Source: an uncultured virus (IMG/VR IMGVR_UViG_3300029268_000005) (taxonomy: Duplodnaviria; Heunggongvirae; Uroviricota; Caudoviricetes). From it: a stretch of 20,000 bases of DNA. A program made the position numbers and the translations under genes. Positions 15,484 through 20,000 of this stretch are shown here, one piece after another (the stretch's first letter is position 1; every line of letters starts with the position of its first letter). The notes beneath the pieces are model-generated. The model was not told the origin of the DNA. It was given only the letters and a program-made list of their open reading frames with translations, and searched no databases. The stretch lies in the IMG/VR virus record IMGVR_UViG_3300029268_000005; one strand, written 5' to 3'.

Positions 15484-15604
15484 TGTCTTGCTCCTCGTCC
15501 TCGGGTTCATAATCATCATCATCGGTACACTGACTGTCATACAACGCCTGCGCCGCTCGCACTCGTTGCGACTCCAGGCGGGTCCAGTTGGGTCGGCAGG
15601 TCAT
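15470..15604 (-). CDS. Small protein with acidic tail (44 aa)
   Basis: Not in the ORF track; ATGA overlap at 15601-15604; MTCRPNWTRLESQRVRAAQALYDSQCTDDDDYEPEDEEQDNDNN. Confidence 0.55.
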   Translation of the reverse strand: MTCRPNWTRLESQRVRAAQALYDSQCTDDDDYEPEDEEQDNDNN

Positions 15605-15840
15605 CGAGTAACCTCGCAATTCGCTGGGTTGAATGGCTTGCCATCGAGGACCGCGCGCCAGTGCCGCATTTTCGTCTGCATGGTCAGGTTATCGCAGTCG
15701 ATGTAGCGAATGGCATCATGCAATGCGGCGTGTAGTTGGTCGATGTGCAACGTCAGAATGTCTACGTCGCGAGCATCACCTCTGGACAGGTCTTCGCTGC
15801 GCACCAACCGTCGCATCGCTGATGCGTGGTTCTTGTTCAC
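15601..15840 (-). CDS. Hypothetical protein
   Basis: GTG 15840 overlaps the upstream stop (GTGA); AGGAGG SD. Confidence 0.65.
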   Translation of the reverse strand: MNKNHASAMRRLVRSEDLSRGDARDVDILTLHIDQLHAALHDAIRYIDCDNLTMQTKMRHWRAVLDGKPFNPANCEVTR

Positions 15841-16826
15841 GGCTTGGCCTCCTGCGGGTACTCGTTCGGCAGCGAGTCCACTAGCTTGCAAATTCGCTCC
15901 ATTGCCTCTGCACTTCTGTCGTCTGGCTTCCATCCCGCGTAGATCGCCGCATCGCGTGCATCGCCCAGAATCTCCAAATCCTCCTGCGGCGTCGGCCTCC
16001 GATTCTGTAACTCAGCCCATGCACGGGCTGCGGCGACTGCTGCGGCGAGGGTTGGCTCACTTGTGGTGAACAACTCATTGCATGTCCCGGCCTCATACAG
16101 AGTCACGATTTTGTCACCATCGATACAGGCCACGATGCTAGGCCCCCACTTCGACTGCACCTCGTCGCTCCCCAGCCAATCCCAGTCGCTGAGTCGCGGG
16201 GTGCCGGTGAGCGGTGGCTGTCTGTTGTTCAGCGCCTCAACGATTTCACGAGCGATTGGAGGGCCAGACTTCTCATGCGAGGCGTTGTTCTCGTCATAGC
16301 CGCACCACGCGATCCGGCAACCGCAACTGTCTAACACGTTCCACTCAGCGCCGGACATCGTTGAGACTGGCAGGCTAATAGCTCTTGTCGCTTCTGGCTG
16401 CACCGGCACCTCCTGCCGCGTCTCGGTGGCTGACGACTCGCGTTTGTGAAACCAACCTTTCTCGTCCACTTCATATGGTGTCGCGATGTTCTTCGTATCC
16501 GCAGCCTTCACCCCGCACTGCCGCAGCAACTCGCGGATCGTGTCGCAGGCATTGCGGCCAGCCTCTGACGCCCAACTGGCAATAATACGTTCCTCGTCGT
16601 CCTGAATATATCCAGCCCCGTCCCTGCACAGCACGACAGTCGGGAACGATCCATCGCAATCATGGAGTGCCTGCAACTGCTCGCACAGGTCATCCACCGT
16701 GGGCGACCGCAGGGCGGCGGCGATGGCCTCTAGTTTCTTTGCCAACGCATCCTTATACGCTGCCCACATACCTTTGGCTTCCATCTCGCACCACTCGGCC
16801 AGTTTCAGCCTATCTGCTTTCGTCAC
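15837..16826 (-). CDS. Modular hypothetical protein (local paralog family)
   Basis: 329 aa; shares an N-module (PTVDDL...DGAG...W) and a C-module (LAAAVAAARAW...TPQEDLE...AMERI) with neighbours. Confidence 0.8.
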   Translation of the reverse strand: MTKADRLKLAEWCEMEAKGMWAAYKDALAKKLEAIAAALRSPTVDDLCEQLQALHDCDGSFPTVVLCRDGAGYIQDDEERIIASWASEAGRNACDTIRELLRQCGVKAADTKNIATPYEVDEKGWFHKRESSATETRQEVPVQPEATRAISLPVSTMSGAEWNVLDSCGCRIAWCGYDENNASHEKSGPPIAREIVEALNNRQPPLTGTPRLSDWDWLGSDEVQSKWGPSIVACIDGDKIVTLYEAGTCNELFTTSEPTLAAAVAAARAWAELQNRRPTPQEDLEILGDARDAAIYAGWKPDDRSAEAMERICKLVDSLPNEYPQEAKP

Positions 16827-16838
16827 GTTACTATCCTT

Positions 16839-17054
16839 TCAATCCAAGTAAGACTTAGCATCACGTGCATCCTTTGCCTTATCCGCGCGCTTCAACGAAC
16901 GACGTGTAGCTTTCTTCGACGCCGAATTACGCGCATGCGACCGACACTCACCGTTCTTGCCTGGTAGATGGCTACAACAACTCTTACGACCCTCGGCCCG
17001 AATATCCCCCATGTCTGGCCATTCTTCCAGTCGAATGTGCTTGTACGGTCGCAT
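16839..17054 (-). CDS. Small basic phage-type protein
   Basis: Start reassigned to ATG 17054 (AAGGAG SD); PDMGDIRAEGRKS...KKATRRSLKR. Confidence 0.7.
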   Translation of the reverse strand: MRPYKHIRLEEWPDMGDIRAEGRKSCCSHLPGKNGECRSHARNSASKKATRRSLKRADKAKDARDAKSYLD

Positions 17055-17073
17055 GCGCGTTCTCCTTGTCCAA

Positions 17074-18339
17074 CTAGTACGACTGACGTGAAGCAAGCAG
17101 CAGCGTCAGTCGCGCGATAGCACCTTTCGTCGCCTCATCGTCCTTGCCGATAGCTGCCCTTACGAGTTCAAGATCCTCGTTAGGCGTTCGTGTGCACTCA
17201 CGATCTGCCACCCAGTCGAGCACCCTGGCCACAGCCTTATCAAGATCGTTATCGTCTTCAGAGTAATCGATAGAGTTGCCCCTGTCCCTGAGCACGATAC
17301 GAGCGCCGCCATTTCCAAAGCTTAAGACCCCTGACCAGTTCTTCATCACGTTGCGAAGCTTCACCCAGTTAGCTACGACCGGGTCTTCCGTAGTTTGCGT
17401 GCCAGTTGACGACTGCTCTGGCCCCCAGTACGGTACGCATTTAGCTTCGAGGCCAAATGAAGCGCACTTGAAGCTGGCACAATCCTCATTAGGCTTGTGC
17501 GGCACGCCATGTTCTTTGCACACAACAGGGCATGGCTTCTGTGAGATGATATGCTCACAGATGACCTGCAACGACTTGACTGCAACTTCCACGCTATCGT
17601 CGCTAAGAATTGCTCGCATGCGCTCGTCCATGTCACGAGGCTGGATAACTACGTTACGTAGCCAGTCGGTGACAACTGATGTTGCCAGGCCAAGCTTATC
17701 GGCCAGCGCTCTCTCCGACATGCCACGTTGCTTAAGCATGGCTTTGATATCGGTTGAGGTCAACAAGTACGCGTTCTGCCTGAACGTCTCGACAATCAAG
17801 TCCAGACTGGCATTCGGGATGATGAACTGACCGCAATGCTGACACGCCAGAACTGGCATCGACGGCATGTGCACGTCACACAGCTGCCCTTGGTAACTTA
17901 CCTTAGTGCTGTAGGGTATACACTTACCCTTCACCGCGTCTTTGTTGCACCCAGCACAACGTAGAAGAGTCTCGGAGTCGGGTTGCTTAGATTCAGCCGA
18001 TTTGACTGTCTTGTCACGGTGTGCCTCGACTGTCGCCTCATAGAACGCAAGCAGCGCATCGTACATCTTTATGTGCACGCCGTCCCACGCGCATATGTTA
18101 TTGTTCTTCGGGCCAAGCAAGATACCGCCTCCGTCAGTAGCCAGCGTGATATGGAGATCTTCGACTTCCATTTCGTCGGCGATATCTCGCAGAAGCCAAA
18201 GAATGTCGTCTGCGGGCAGCTTGGCAAGTTCCTCTGCAATTTCGCGCATAACCTGCGTCGTGTTTGGGCTGCTGAACGTATGCAGCCTAGCCTGATCACG
18301 AGCATACTCTAGCAGCTCCAGTCTTGTGCGTGTCTGCAT
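17074..18339 (-). CDS. Modular protein containing an internal MqsA-like zinc-finger + Xre-HTH antitoxin module
   Basis: 421 aa; CAGC...PVLACQHCG...LLTSTDIKAMLKQRGMSERALADKLGLATSVVTDWLRNVVIQPRDMDERMR at about 17605-17958. Confidence 0.82.
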   Translation of the reverse strand: MQTRTRLELLEYARDQARLHTFSSPNTTQVMREIAEELAKLPADDILWLLRDIADEMEVEDLHITLATDGGGILLGPKNNNICAWDGVHIKMYDALLAFYEATVEAHRDKTVKSAESKQPDSETLLRCAGCNKDAVKGKCIPYSTKVSYQGQLCDVHMPSMPVLACQHCGQFIIPNASLDLIVETFRQNAYLLTSTDIKAMLKQRGMSERALADKLGLATSVVTDWLRNVVIQPRDMDERMRAILSDDSVEVAVKSLQVICEHIISQKPCPVVCKEHGVPHKPNEDCASFKCASFGLEAKCVPYWGPEQSSTGTQTTEDPVVANWVKLRNVMKNWSGVLSFGNGGARIVLRDRGNSIDYSEDDNDLDKAVARVLDWVADRECTRTPNEDLELVRAAIGKDDEATKGAIARLTLLLASRQSY

Positions 18340-18382
18340 CTGTTATCCTTTTTGTTACGTTGCTATACGAATGGCCCGATGA

Positions 18383-18766
18383 TCAAGACGCCAGCTCGGC
18401 GTTAGTGGCCGTAAGCCGTGCCTTGATCCTTTCGAACGCCGCAATAGTCTCCCCGTCGCCACCCTCCAGCCTTGACATTACTAGATCTACGTCGTCCTGT
18501 TGTTCATGCCAATTCAATGCGGCAACAATAGCCTGGGCTAAAGTTTTTCCGTGTATATTGCAAAGGCACTTTTTGTTCCAGTACAGTTGGACAGTCCAGC
18601 CCTTTGCCTCCGTTATGACAATCGACTCGTAGTACTCTTCAAGAGTTTCTAAGAGCTGCACCCAGCTACGATCACGGGTAGCCTTTGCTACGTCCTCCAC
18701 CTCATTGGTTTTGGCTTGGTTCATTGCTTGCCCCTGCTGGTTGTGTTCTAGTGTCTTCCCACTCAT
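18383..18766 (-). CDS. Hypothetical protein (C-module member of the local paralog family)
   Basis: 127 aa; TLAQAIVAALNW...DVDLV...AAFERI. Confidence 0.75.
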   Translation of the reverse strand: MSGKTLEHNQQGQAMNQAKTNEVEDVAKATRDRSWVQLLETLEEYYESIVITEAKGWTVQLYWNKKCLCNIHGKTLAQAIVAALNWHEQQDDVDLVMSRLEGGDGETIAAFERIKARLTATNAELAS

Positions 18767-18792
18767 ACCACTTCCTTAGCCACGCCTGCCCG

Positions 18793-19659
18793 CTACGCTT
18801 TGTGACTGTCTGTCGGAGCTGCGTCAGGTAAATAGTCCATCGGTGGCTGCTCATTAGGCCGGTTAGGATCCACCACGACGATAAAGCACCAGTGGGTGAT
18901 GGTGCCTCGACTCGACCACGAAGTTCCACCCTCGCTAAATGCGGTGTTATTGCCGGCATAGTACCGAGCATACCATTGCGTGTGTTGGGAATTTCGAACC
19001 CACACCTTCGTATCGATCTTCGTGTCCTTGTTAGGTGCCCGCCACACTACAGGACGTACCACAAGGCTCTTAGTCCAGTCCTCCGGTACGTCTGTGAGCA
19101 GCAAGCCTGTCAACGTCCACCATGTGCAGCCGACGGCACGCCAGACAGTTGACTCCAGTTTTGGTTGCAGGTTGCAGCCATGAATCGCATCTGACTTGCT
19201 TTTGCACACACATTGAATATCCGGATGCAGAATAGCCCACATATCGGGCCCGCCGTACTTCACGCCTTTGTTGCTCTGCGGGTCAAGTTGTACGGCAGGT
19301 TGTGCTGGCTGCGCATCAGGCTGCGTCAGAATAGCCTTATCGATAGCCATGTTGCCGATGCGGTACCGCATACCGCACAGCATGGCCCCGTAGTTTGAGC
19401 CCCAGAACAGCAACAGCGGCTCAATTTTCCTGTTGGACCTATCCATCTTCAGCGCCGGTTCGCTGTGTTTGTAGATGGTGTAGTTGATGATTTCGCCGGA
19501 GCCGTCTTCCTGCATCAAGGCCTTACAGCTGTCCACCAGCTCTTTCACCGTTGGCTCTTCGAGCATGTCGGCGGCTTTGTTGTATAAGGGCTCTTTGCAG
19601 GAGATAGCCCTTTGTCGTAGCCAGTTGCCCATCGACTGGTGTGTGTCAAACATCGTCAC
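18793..19659 (-). CDS. Modular hypothetical phage-type protein
   Basis: 288 aa; N-module (PTVKEL...EDGSG) plus a C-terminal DTKVWVR...WYARYYA...FSEGGTSWSS domain seen in phage hypothetical proteins. Confidence 0.8.
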   Translation of the reverse strand: MTMFDTHQSMGNWLRQRAISCKEPLYNKAADMLEEPTVKELVDSCKALMQEDGSGEIINYTIYKHSEPALKMDRSNRKIEPLLLFWGSNYGAMLCGMRYRIGNMAIDKAILTQPDAQPAQPAVQLDPQSNKGVKYGGPDMWAILHPDIQCVCKSKSDAIHGCNLQPKLESTVWRAVGCTWWTLTGLLLTDVPEDWTKSLVVRPVVWRAPNKDTKIDTKVWVRNSQHTQWYARYYAGNNTAFSEGGTSWSSRGTITHWCFIVVVDPNRPNEQPPMDYLPDAAPTDSHKA

Positions 19660-19691
19660 TGTCCTTTGCTTATGAGTTCGTATCGTAAACG

Positions 19692-19985
19692 CTACTGATC
19701 GTCGGCAGGAGTCTCGACAGGCGGTTGTACGCGAGCCTGCCTGGACTGCTTGGCATCTTCAGCAAACTTCCTGACCTTTGCCAGCATCCTGCCGAAGTCG
19801 TGTGCTTCGTTGAAGTCGGCGATTAGTCTTCCTGACGTACCCACGGGTATGAGCTCAATCTCTGCACCCAGCTTCCCGCATTTTGTGCCATCCGGATTCT
19901 CGATGCAGCCGTACGTTGTCAGTGAGCACAAGCTGTCGGGGAACAGCGTTGCCAGCTCATCCATGACTTCCGCTACGTCAGCCAT
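19692..19985 (-). CDS. Hypothetical protein
   Basis: 97-aa ORF on the coding strand. Confidence 0.65.
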   Translation of the reverse strand: MADVAEVMDELATLFPDSLCSLTTYGCIENPDGTKCGKLGAEIELIPVGTSGRLIADFNEAHDFGRMLAKVRKFAEDAKQSRQARVQPPVETPADDQ

Positions 19986-20000
19986 AGTTGGCTTACGAAG

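Noticed and set aside
3369..17830. Long plus-strand ORFs (3369-4064, 7565-8050, 10246-10770, 10833-11465, 17276-17830)
   Set aside because: All are antisense to well-supported minus-strand genes and show no recognisable motifs.
1..20000. CRISPR array, insertion sequence, or stop-codon recoding
   Set aside because: No regularly spaced repeats or transposase seen; genes tile densely under the standard code, and TAG, TGA and TAA all end genes at sensible places.

Overview
This window looks like an accessory region of a large bacteriophage or prophage. It has about 40 tightly packed genes, all on the minus strand, with frequent ATGA/GTGA stop-start overlaps and AGGAG-type Shine-Dalgarno (SD) sites; most are short hypothetical proteins. 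No structural, replication or housekeeping operon is visible, so the phage call is an inference from gene organisation. Recognisable parts are a ubiquitin-like (beta-grasp) protein followed by a truncated ORF at the left edge, a GIY-YIG nuclease, a DGQHR/ParB-like protein, two tandem RQGEWF paralogs, a tRNA with a CAU anticodon (likely Ile2), a lone rmlC, a HAD-family phosphatase, an HD-like protein, and a run of modular paralogs, one of which contains a complete MqsA-type antitoxin module. The best candidate for a new system is the left-end locus: a structured ~200-nt leader, a codon-biased Ubl ending in VEG-AC, a set of 3' hairpins with a terminator, then a possible E2-like gene running off the window. 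All family calls come from reading motifs by eye; no database search was run.
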